From Dehalococcoidia bacterium (GTDB taxonomy: Bacteria; Chloroflexota; Dehalococcoidia; Lucifugimonadales; UBA1123): DNA of 64,000 bases. Shown here one piece after another: positions 9,883 to 19,200 of the stretch. Made by a program: the position numbers and the translations under genes. How positions within the stretch are numbered: position 1 is the stretch's first letter; every line of letters starts with the position of its first letter. A model generated the notes under the pieces. It made no database searches and was not told the DNA's origin. It saw nothing but the letters and a program-made list of their open reading frames with translations. Where the stretch lies: contig DAOUHG010000028.1 of the NCBI GenBank assembly GCA_034428835.1, positions 19,742 to 83,741 of the forward strand, in the 5' to 3' direction.

Positions 9883-11052
9883 TCACTGACGAATGCCCCT
9901 GACAAAGTCCTCGATACGCCCCAAAGCCTTCTCGATGTTCTCAGTCGAGTTGGCGAATGAGAAGCGCACGAATCCCTTCCCGAACTCCCCGAAAGACTCT
10001 CCCGCCAGGCAAGCGACACCGCCGTCTCTCAACAGTCGGTCGGCGAACACTTGGCTGGGCAGTCCGGTCTCTTCAACATTGGGGAAGGCGTAGAACGCGC
10101 CTTGGGGCACTGGGCACCGTATCCCATCTATCGAGTTCAGGCCATCGACGATAATATCACGCCTCTTCTTGAACTCAGCCACCATCTCGTATGAGTCGTC
10201 TTGAGGGCCGTTCAACGCCTCCAGTGCGGCGATCTGTGTAAAGCTGGCGGTGCAGGAAACGCTGTTAGTGACGAGCCGTGAAATTGGCTCGACCAGTTCC
10301 ATCGGCATCACGCCGTAGCCGATTCTCCAACCCGTCATCGCGTAAGTCTTGGAGAACCCGTCAAGGATCACCGTCTGTTCCCTCATCATCGGGAAGCTGG
10401 CTATTGAGTGATGTTCGCCGGCATACAGGAATCGGCTGTATATCTCGTCCGATAAGACCAGAATGTCGTGCTCTGTGGCGAGCTTGGCGAGCGCCTCCAG
10501 GTCACTCTTAGGAATGATCGAGCCGCACGGGTTGTTCGGCGAGTTGACTATCATCATCTTAGTGCGGTCGGTGATGCTGTCCGCGATGGCGTCGACGTCG
10601 ACGTTGAACCCTTTGTCCTCATGCAGCTGCATCGGCACTGGCACGCCGCCCATGAAGTCAATCATCGATTCGTAAATCGGAAAGCCAGGGTTCGGGTAAA
10701 GGACCTCGTCACCAGGATCGACGATCGCCATTATCAGGAAGAACATGATCGGTTTGCCGCCGGGTGTAACGACAACCTGATCTCCTGTCACCGAGATGCC
10801 GCGTGTATTGCTTATCTCTTCAGCGATGCGGTCCCGCAGCTCAGGAAAGCCAGGAGATGGACCATAGCTCGTGTACCCGTCAACCAGTGCCTGTCTGCCC
10901 GCCTCTACCACATGAGATGGAGAGCCGAAATCCGGCTCTCCAATCTCGAGATGGATGACGTCCATGCCTTCAGCTTCTAGTAGGCGCGCCTTTGCGAGAA
11001 CCTCGAAAGCGGTCTCCGTTCCAAGACGCGCCATCCTGTGTGCGAGTTTCAT
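9883..11052 (-). CDS. class I/II PLP-dependent aminotransferase (aspartate aminotransferase-like)
   Basis: 389 aa with NSPNNPCG and the PLP-lysine context SFSKTYAMTGWRIGY. Confidence 0.85.
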   Translation of the reverse strand: MKLAHRMARLGTETAFEVLAKARLLEAEGMDVIHLEIGEPDFGSPSHVVEAGRQALVDGYTSYGPSPGFPELRDRIAEEISNTRGISVTGDQVVVTPGGKPIMFFLIMAIVDPGDEVLYPNPGFPIYESMIDFMGGVPVPMQLHEDKGFNVDVDAIADSITDRTKMMIVNSPNNPCGSIIPKSDLEALAKLATEHDILVLSDEIYSRFLYAGEHHSIASFPMMREQTVILDGFSKTYAMTGWRIGYGVMPMELVEPISRLVTNSVSCTASFTQIAALEALNGPQDDSYEMVAEFKKRRDIIVDGLNSIDGIRCPVPQGAFYAFPNVEETGLPSQVFADRLLRDGGVACLAGESFGEFGKGFVRFSFANSTENIEKALGRIEDFVRGIRQ

Positions 11053-11220
11053 GCGGCTTACCTCTCGTTCAGCGTCTCAATGATCGCGAAGATGCCCACT
11101 GCCAGTCCGGGTTGTCGGAGAACGCGCGGGCAAATTCCGGCTCCGGCAACAGTATAACCCCAACTATTCACCCTATGATACAATTCGCCTGCGCCAGCCA
11201 CAAATACGGAGGTCCTTACA

Positions 11221-12123
11221 TTGAAGGTGTTTTTGGGAATACCAAGAGGATTCTGCGCCGGTGTGGTTCGCGCCATCGACGTCGTCGAGCTGGCGCTTGA
11301 GAAGTACCCCCACCCTGTGTACGTAAAACACCAGATCGTTCACAACCCATACGTGGTGAAATCTCTGGAAGACAAGGGTGCAAGAACCGTTGAAGACGTT
11401 GAAGAAATCCCGGAAGGGTCGACCGTCGTCTTCTCTGCGCACGGCTCGCCGCCTGAGGACTTTCAGAAGGCCGAAGAGCGTGGCCTCAACGTCATCGACG
11501 CCACTTGCCCGCTCGTCACAAAGGTACACAACGAGGCCCTGCGATATTCATCTGACGGGCGCAGGTTGATCCTAGTCGGCCATCGCGGCCACCAGGAAGT
11601 CAAGGGCACCATGGGCCAGACTGGAATGCACCTCGTGGACGACCGGGAGCCGGTTGAATTGCCCGATTGGGACGATGACACGCCCGTTACTGTGTTGACC
11701 CAGACCACATTGTCGGTCGATGACACCAGTAGGTCCATTGCACAAATTGAAGATCGTTTCTCAAATGTTGTCGTGCGGAACGACCTGTGCTACGCGACCA
11801 CTAACAGACAGGCAGCGGTAAAGGAACTTTCAACCCTGGTCGATCTCGTGCTCGTCGTCGGGGCCCAGAATAGCTCGAACTGCAACCGGCTGCGAGAAGT
11901 AGCTGAAGCCAACGGCGTGACCGCCTTTCTGATAAATGGTCCCGACGAAATGGACTCCGCCTGGCTTGAGGGCGTTGAAAACATCGGAATTACGTCCGGC
12001 GCGTCCACCCCTGAAGATCTGGTACTCGCCGTAATTGACGCGCTTGCACCTTACGAAGTGACCACGATCGACGGCGTGGACGAGGACGTTAGCTTCGTAC
12101 TGCCACGCGAGTTCAGGTCCTGA
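11221..12123 (+). CDS. ispH: 4-hydroxy-3-methylbut-2-enyl diphosphate reductase
   Basis: 300 aa, PRGFCAGVVRAIDVVE...VYVKHQIVHNPYVV...ATCPLVTKVH. TTG start preceded by ACGGAGG. Confidence 0.9.
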   Translation: MKVFLGIPRGFCAGVVRAIDVVELALEKYPHPVYVKHQIVHNPYVVKSLEDKGARTVEDVEEIPEGSTVVFSAHGSPPEDFQKAEERGLNVIDATCPLVTKVHNEALRYSSDGRRLILVGHRGHQEVKGTMGQTGMHLVDDREPVELPDWDDDTPVTVLTQTTLSVDDTSRSIAQIEDRFSNVVVRNDLCYATTNRQAAVKELSTLVDLVLVVGAQNSSNCNRLREVAEANGVTAFLINGPDEMDSAWLEGVENIGITSGASTPEDLVLAVIDALAPYEVTTIDGVDEDVSFVLPREFRS

Positions 12124-12164
12124 CACCGTCGGCAGGCTAGTCGGGATTATCAGGGACGGAACCA

Positions 12165-12854
12165 GTGGATATAGTCATAGACAGCCTGCTGGAGGGCGCG
12201 CGCCGGGCTAGAGGAATCGTCGTCATTGTCGATGTCCTCCGAGCGTACACCACCGCCGCTGTAGCCCTCTCTCGCGGAGCCAGCAAGATCATTCTGGTGG
12301 CTGAAGTAGAGGAGGCTCTGGCACTTAGGAGCGATGGAGTAGGGGAGTTGTGTATGGGTGAAGTCGGAGGGATGCGTCCTGAAGGCTTCGACTTCGGAAA
12401 CTCCCCCTCGCAGCTCAGTCTTGCGGACGTACGGGGCAAGACGATTATTCAATCCACTCGTGCAGGCACTGTTGGGATGAATGCCGCAGAGGGGGCGGAT
12501 CAGCTTTATGGTGGATCGTTCGCCGTAGCATCTGCCACAGTAGAAGCAATTCGCCGCCACGCCCCGCCGCTGGTCACTATTGTCGCGATGGGCTCAGAGG
12601 GCCGCATTCGCACCGATGAAGACGAGCAGTGCGCCCTGTATTTACGCAACCTGTTGCTGGGAGTTACTCCAGATCATGACAGCGTTCGCTCCCTCATGCT
12701 TGCCGGAAGCGAGGCCCGTAAGTACGGCAACCCAGCCACGCCCCACTTCCCGGTCGAGGATAGAGACATGGCCGCGACCATCGACTCCCACAACTTCGCC
12801 ATTAAAGTGACCAAAGAGCAGGGCCTGCTGGTCGCCCGCAAAGAAACAGCCTGA
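12165..12854 (+). CDS. comB: 2-phosphosulfolactate phosphatase family protein
   Basis: 229 aa, VVIVDVLRAYTTAAVAL..ASKIILV pattern of the ComB family. Confidence 0.7.
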   Translation: MDIVIDSLLEGARRARGIVVIVDVLRAYTTAAVALSRGASKIILVAEVEEALALRSDGVGELCMGEVGGMRPEGFDFGNSPSQLSLADVRGKTIIQSTRAGTVGMNAAEGADQLYGGSFAVASATVEAIRRHAPPLVTIVAMGSEGRIRTDEDEQCALYLRNLLLGVTPDHDSVRSLMLAGSEARKYGNPATPHFPVEDRDMAATIDSHNFAIKVTKEQGLLVARKETA

Positions 12855-12889
12855 GCACAAGCAAGGCCCTTTGGCACAGGAGAACAGGT

Positions 12890-13822
12890 TTGAAATACAG
12901 ACAACTCGGTAAGTCAGGTCTTCAGGTCTCTGCGGTAGGCTTGGGGGCCAATAACTTCGGTGGTCGCGTCGATGCCAAGCGTACAAATTCGGTCGTCCAT
13001 GCTGCTCTCGATTCTGGGGTCAACTTCATCGATACCTCTAACAGCTATGGAGGAGGCCTCTCCGAGCAATATATCGGTGATGCACTGAAGGGACGCCGCG
13101 AACAGGCTGTAATCGCTACCAAGGTATCAAGCCGAGTGGCCGATGGCCCAAACAACTCTGGTAACTCACGCAAGCACATCTTCGACCAGGTCGACATCAG
13201 CCTCCGCAAGCTCCGGACCGACTACATCGATCTCTACCAGATTCACTGGTGGGACCCGGATACCCCGCTGGAAGAAACGCTCAGAGCGTTGGACGACCTT
13301 GTCCGCATGGGCAAGGTGCGATACGCGGGCTGCTCGAACTTCACAGCTTGGCAGGTCTGCGAGTCCGATTGGACCGCCAGGTCCCTCGGCATCAACTCAT
13401 TCGTCAGTATGCAGCCCCGGTACTCCATGCTCTACCGACAACCTGAAGCTGAGATGCTTCCGCTGTGCGAGCGATACGGAATTGGAGTCCTGCCGTACTA
13501 CCCTTTGGAAAACGGCTTCCTTACCGGCAAGTACCGAAGAAATGCCCCGGCCCCTGAAGGAACTAGACTTGCGGCTAACGACAGGGGAGTGTTCACTGAC
13601 CGCAACTTCGACACACTCGAAAAGCTGGAAGACTTCTGTGCAGAGCACGGCCACACCATACTCGAGCTCGCTTTCGCTTGGCTTCTCGCCAGTCCGTCCG
13701 TGAGCTCCGTGATAGCCGGAGCGACCCGACCCGAGCAGGTTGAGGCCAACGCCGCGTCCGCGAGTTGGGAACTATCTGCCGAAGACGTGGCAACTGTGAA
13801 CTCCATACTGGAGGCGCCATGA
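12890..13822 (+). CDS. aldo/keto reductase
   Basis: 310 aa, MKYRQLGKSGLQVSAVGLGANNFG...IDTSNSYGGG...DLYQIHW. TTG start with AGGAGA upstream. Confidence 0.85.
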   Translation: MKYRQLGKSGLQVSAVGLGANNFGGRVDAKRTNSVVHAALDSGVNFIDTSNSYGGGLSEQYIGDALKGRREQAVIATKVSSRVADGPNNSGNSRKHIFDQVDISLRKLRTDYIDLYQIHWWDPDTPLEETLRALDDLVRMGKVRYAGCSNFTAWQVCESDWTARSLGINSFVSMQPRYSMLYRQPEAEMLPLCERYGIGVLPYYPLENGFLTGKYRRNAPAPEGTRLAANDRGVFTDRNFDTLEKLEDFCAEHGHTILELAFAWLLASPSVSSVIAGATRPEQVEANAASASWELSAEDVATVNSILEAP

Positions 13823-14712
13823 AATTCGGGTTTGTCATTCCGCAGAACTGGGGTCTGTCCGACCCTCAGGATGTCGTCCAGTTCGGGGTCCGCGCTGAGG
13901 AGTTAGGGTACGACTCGGTCTGGGTCAACCATCACATACTGAACGTCGGGTACATCTACGACCGCCTTGAGGACCGCCCGTACTACGATGCGCTGACCGT
14001 TCTCACCTGGGTGGCCGCCAGAACAGAACGCGTCAGATTGGGCACCACCGTTCTGGTACTCCCATACCTGAACCCTCTCGTGCTGGCCAAGACTATCGCC
14101 ACTCTCGACATGATGTCCGGTGGCAGGGTCTCGCTAGGAGTTGGTGTTGGCATGCTTCGTGAGGAGAACGAAGCTCTCGGCAGCGACTTCACCACACGCG
14201 GAGCTTATGCCGACGAGTCGATCGAAGTGCTGCGCGACCTGTGGACATCGGACGATCCGAGCCACAGTGGCCGGTTCTTCGACTATGAGGGCTTTAAGTT
14301 TTCGCCCAAGCCTGTGCAATCCCCAGGAGTCCCGATTCTGATAGGCGGCATGAGTAGGGCGGCAATGCGCCGCACTGCAAGACTCGGTGATGGTTGGCAT
14401 CCTAACGGCGGGACCGTTTCTGAATTGGGAGACCGATTCGACGTGGTCAAGACCATGTGCGCTGAGTTTGATAGAGACCCCAATGAGCTCAGTCTCGTGG
14501 TACGTGGCGAATTGAAGGTGCTGGATACGCCCTCCGAAGACCCGGCAACTCCGATGATCGGCACCCCAGACCAGTTGCTTAGGAGTATCGAAGCGTACGA
14601 GTCGATAGGTGTGTCAGAAATCGTGCTGCAAGTCGGCACCGATGACGTGGATCATATCCGCCGAGCCCAGGAGTCCTTCGCCGAACAGGTACTACCTCGC
14701 GTCACAGGATAG
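13819..14712 (+). CDS. LLM-class (luciferase-like) F420-dependent oxidoreductase
   Basis: MKFGFVIPQNWG...YDSVWVNHH...LGTTVLVLPY. ATG 13819 overlaps the AKR stop (ATGA). The track's longer 13765 start is rejected. Confidence 0.8.
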   Translation: MKFGFVIPQNWGLSDPQDVVQFGVRAEELGYDSVWVNHHILNVGYIYDRLEDRPYYDALTVLTWVAARTERVRLGTTVLVLPYLNPLVLAKTIATLDMMSGGRVSLGVGVGMLREENEALGSDFTTRGAYADESIEVLRDLWTSDDPSHSGRFFDYEGFKFSPKPVQSPGVPILIGGMSRAAMRRTARLGDGWHPNGGTVSELGDRFDVVKTMCAEFDRDPNELSLVVRGELKVLDTPSEDPATPMIGTPDQLLRSIEAYESIGVSEIVLQVGTDDVDHIRRAQESFAEQVLPRVTG

Positions 14713-14742
14713 GCACAATCCTCGTCGCCAGGTGCAGGCTCG

Positions 14743-15288
14743 CTAGGGCAGCCGTTCCGCATCAGGGGCGGGTTCGACCTCAAACGTGTTCAACGCACAC
14801 GCCAGCATCCCGTAGTAGCCCATTGTCGCGGTGAGTTCAGTCACGCCTTGGTTTCCAAACCTCTCCTTGGCGGCCGCAAATGTGTCGTCAGATACCCTCT
14901 TGTTCTGGAACATCTCGCGGCCATATCGGATCACTAGCGACTCGTCGGCCTCAAGTCCCTCTAAGGGTCCACGGTTGGCGACCGCGTCTATCGCTTCCCC
15001 TCTGACTCCCGCCTCCCGGGCCAATACCACATGCGCCGACCACTCGTAGTGGCAGTCGAACTCCCGTGAGGTTGTGATGATTGCGAGCTCCTTGATATCA
15101 GGGTCGAGAGTGGACTCGAATCTGATGTACGCTCCGAGATGGGCCGCCCGTCCCGCGACCTCGGGGCTGTTGAGAAGCACCGAGAACGGACCGCTGACTC
15201 TACCTCTACTGCTCGCGATAGAATCGAAATGATGTGCCGCCTCTGCGGGAACATCACTGCGCTGCTGTATCCGTGGGACCCTGGGCAT
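14743..15288 (-). CDS. carboxymuconolactone decarboxylase (AhpD-like) family protein
   Basis: 181 aa, ...ELAIITTSREFDCHYEWSAHVVLAREAGV, typical CMD-domain motif. Confidence 0.75.
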   Translation of the reverse strand: MPRVPRIQQRSDVPAEAAHHFDSIASSRGRVSGPFSVLLNSPEVAGRAAHLGAYIRFESTLDPDIKELAIITTSREFDCHYEWSAHVVLAREAGVRGEAIDAVANRGPLEGLEADESLVIRYGREMFQNKRVSDDTFAAAKERFGNQGVTELTATMGYYGMLACALNTFEVEPAPDAERLP

Positions 15289-15428
15289 TCTTGACCTCTC
15301 ACTTGTGACCCTGCCAAAGTTCGCTGAAATCTTGTTTTGGGCTGCTCGTGGGATTGTCGAACGATGCCATTGTCATTCCGTTCAGCAGCCCAATGCTACC
15401 ATAGCGCAGCACTCACCGGAGAAATGAC

Positions 15429-16193
15429 ATGAACGCCATTGTCATCCAACATCACAGGTACGAGACTCTGGGTTCCAACTTTGAGTCTATGCTGACTGAT
15501 GCCAGTTTCTGCATCGTGACCGTACCAGTCTTCTCAGCCGCTCCGACCTTCGAGTCGTTTGACGCGCCAAGTCCCGGGCGGAGTGACATCGTCATCTCTC
15601 TTGGAGGACCCATGTCCGCAAACGACGCACTGCCTGCTCTTGAGCATGAGATGGAATATCTCCGACAGGCTGCGGGCAAGGGAGTGCGGGTCATCGGAGT
15701 ATGCCTGGGCGCGCAACTGCTCGCCCGGTCGCTTGGAGGGGAAGTTGAGCCCACTGGTGGCTACCAGTTCGGCCTCAGAAAGATCTGGGTCTCTGAACAG
15801 GGTCACAACGACTCCGCATTTGGCGCGATAGCAACTCCACTCGTGCCCATGTTGCACGGCGAGTGCTTCTCGACGCCGCCCAGCGCTACTCGGCTGGCGG
15901 AAGGATTCATGCTCTGTCGGGACGGTCGCTATCGTCGCTTCGACATGGCGTTCAGGTTCAGGAACGCTTACGGGGTACAGTTCGAGCCACAGTTGACACT
16001 CGATGAGCTGAGGGTGTGGAATCGGGAGCTGGCATCCGACTACCACTTGATGGGCGACAATTTCGACCCCGCTGAGGAAGCTGCCCGCAACCTCCGCGAG
16101 TTCGAACGCTTCTATCCGATTCACCGAGCACAAATGGCAGCCTTTCTGAGCGCCGTCTTGTCTTCGAGTTCCCCGCATGATGCTCCTGTCTGA
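15429..16193 (+). CDS. type 1 glutamine amidotransferase-like protein
   Basis: 254 aa, VIGVCLGAQLLARSLGG nucleophile-elbow motif and YGVQFEPQ. Confidence 0.7.
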   Translation: MNAIVIQHHRYETLGSNFESMLTDASFCIVTVPVFSAAPTFESFDAPSPGRSDIVISLGGPMSANDALPALEHEMEYLRQAAGKGVRVIGVCLGAQLLARSLGGEVEPTGGYQFGLRKIWVSEQGHNDSAFGAIATPLVPMLHGECFSTPPSATRLAEGFMLCRDGRYRRFDMAFRFRNAYGVQFEPQLTLDELRVWNRELASDYHLMGDNFDPAEEAARNLREFERFYPIHRAQMAAFLSAVLSSSSPHDAPV

Positions 16194-16285
16194 ACCAGCC
16201 TCAAATTGGGACACTGCTACTCGACTCCAGACTTAGCTGTTAGGATGTCGATGACCACACTGCTTCCTGTCGAGGTACGCCAGAA

Positions 16286-19200
16286 ATGACGCAAACACCG
16301 GCACATCAGTCCCCATTCTTCAGCTCTGCGCTGCCAGATACTGTCTCAGATATGACTCTGCCCGGCCTTGAGGGAGAGATCGTTATCACGCGAGACAGCT
16401 ACGGTATTCCGCACGTCAAAGCCGAGTCGGAGCACGATGCCTACTTCGGTCAGGGCTTCGCAACGGCACAGGACCGACTGTGGCATATGGACTACGACCG
16501 CGCCCGCGCCTACGGCAGATGGGCTGAGTTCATTGGGCCCGATGGCGTAGAACATGACCTCATGATGCGCAGATTCCAAATCCGCGCTTCCGTCGAGGAG
16601 GACTGGTCGGCTCTGTCGGAGGACGCTCGTGCGATGTTCGAGGCGTACGCGAACGGTGTCAACGCATTCATCGAGTCAGCAGACACTCTACCCGTGGAGT
16701 ACACACTGATCGGTGCTGAGCCTGAAACCTGGAGGCCCCGGGACTGTCTCGCGGTATTCAAGGTCAGACACATCATGATGGGCGTGTTCGAGGGCAAGAC
16801 ATGGCGTGCCAAGCTGGTCAATACCTTCGGCCCTGAGCGAGCCACCAGCCTTCTGAAAGGGTACGGCAACGAGTGGCGAGATCGTGTCAAGAGCATATGG
16901 GGCGACGAGAGAGCTGCGAGCTTTTCCAGTCAGCTCGTTATCGTGCCACCGGGCACGGAGTCCGAGTCCGATCTGATCGACGGCATCGAGCAGTTGGAGA
17001 ACGGACTCGCCGCGGTAGAGTGGCTGAAAGACGACGACAGCGGTTCGAACAACTGGGCCGTTCACGGCTCTCGGACCGCCTCCGGCAAGCCTCTCGTCGC
17101 TGGGGACCCTCACCGCGGCTTGGACGCCCCAAACGTCTACTATCAGAACCACGTCGCCTGTCCCGACTTCGACGTAATCGGCCTGTCCTTCCCCGGATGT
17201 CCGGGGTTCCCTCACTTCGGTCACAACGAGCAAGTGGCCTGGTGCGTCACCCACGCCGGTGCAGACTATCAGGACCTCTATGTAGAGAATCTCCGCTACA
17301 GTGAACAGGGCCCTGAGTACGAGTTTCTAGGCGAGTGGCACCCGGCAATCGTTAGCGACGAGACCATCACGGTCAGGGGCGAAGACCCTGTAGCGCTTGA
17401 TGTCGTGTCAACCGGCCATGGCCCCATAATCGCTGGCAGTGAAGACGGATCTATGGGTCTGGCTTTCAGATATACCGCAACGACGGGACCGAATCTCGGA
17501 TTCGAATGCTTGAGGCGTATGTTGCATTCGCAGAACGTGGACGAGATTGACGAGTCCATGCGCGACTGGGTTGACCCGTGCAACAACTTCGTTTTCGCTG
17601 ACGTTCATGGAGACATCGGATATCTCAACCGTGGTCAGGTTCCCGTGCGTTCGATGGCCAACGCTTGGCTTCCCGTTCCCGGTTGGACGGGCGACCACGA
17701 GTGGGAAGGCATGATTCCATTCGAAGATCTTGCCCGTATTCGAAACCCCGAGGATGGGCTGATTGTCACCGCTAACAACCGCATCGTAGGTGAAGACTAT
17801 CCGTACTACATCTCACTCAGCTACGCTCCCGATCACCGTGCGAGGCGTATTCTCGACAGGCTTAGCGGACTGCAAAACGCCACCGTGGAGGACATGGCCG
17901 CCATACACTCGGAGATAGTATCCATCCCCGCGCAGGTGTACTCGAAGTTCCTTGCGAACCTGTCGCCTGAAGGCATGTCCCAGATCGAGGAAGCAAGCAT
18001 CGAGCATCTCAAGCTCTGGGATGGCAGTATGGACAGAGACCTGGTCGCCCCAACGATCTACAGCGCGATCCGATCGGAGATCCACGGTCGGTACTTCTCC
18101 AGGCTGTTCGGCAGACTGTCCGAAGACGCTCTGGGCGCGCAGGGACGGGGAGCTCCCGGTCATCTCAGACAGCTTGCGTCTCTCCTGGTAGCCGACCTGC
18201 AGAGCGGGGTAGAGGTCGTGCGACCCCCTGACCCGGACTGGGAATGGGACTTCGATAGCGAGCTGTACCAGGGCTTCTATGAAGCTGTTCACAGGCTCTC
18301 AAGGTCTGGTGCAGGACTCGGCAGAGACGTGGATTCGTGGAAGTGGGGTGATGTCCACCGCACCAGGCCAAGGCATCCGCTCTCGGCGGCCTTCCCGGAC
18401 GCCGCCGATCTTCTTGACCCGCCTGGCTTCGGTATGAGTGGAGACGGAGACACCCCGCAGGCCGGAAGCTACGGAATCGTTGCCCCAGACTCTTCGAGTA
18501 CAATCTGGGACTCGTTCACCATAACCGGCACGTCGGTTGCTCGTTACGTCTGGGACACGTCAGATTGGGACAACTCTCGCTGGATAGTCCCGCTTGGCTC
18601 GTCGGGGCACGCCGGAAGCCCGCACTACGCGGACCAGGGGCCGATCTGGGCCGACGTTGAGTTGATTCCGGCCACTTACTCTTGGGAGCGCATCCAGGAA
18701 GATGCCGAGTCAGTACAGACAATCAGGCCTGTCCCAGAACCGGCTATCATTGAGACAAGCCCCACAGTGTCCGACGTTTCCGGCCAGTCGCCCGACGACA
18801 GCCTGTATCACGGGTCGGCGATCTCACACAATGTCGTAGTGCAGCGAGACGTTATGGTCGAGATGCGCGACGGCGCCCGTCTGGCAACCGACTTGTACCT
18901 CCCTGCCATTGACGGCGTTCCTGCCCCCAGTCCCTTCCCCGTGATACTCGAGCGCACTCCCTACGACAAGCTTGCCTCCAGGCAGACATCGAAAGGCAAG
19001 TTCTTCGCGCGACGCGGGTACGTGGTTGCGATTCAGGATGTCCGTGGCAGGTTTAACTCAGAGGGTGATTGGCTGCCCTTCTTCGATGAAGCCGAGGACG
19101 GCTACGACACGGTGGAGTGGCTGGGTACTCAATCCTGGAGCGACGGTAAAGTGGGCACCATGGGCGATTCGTACGCCGGCTCCGACCAGGCTGCCTTGGC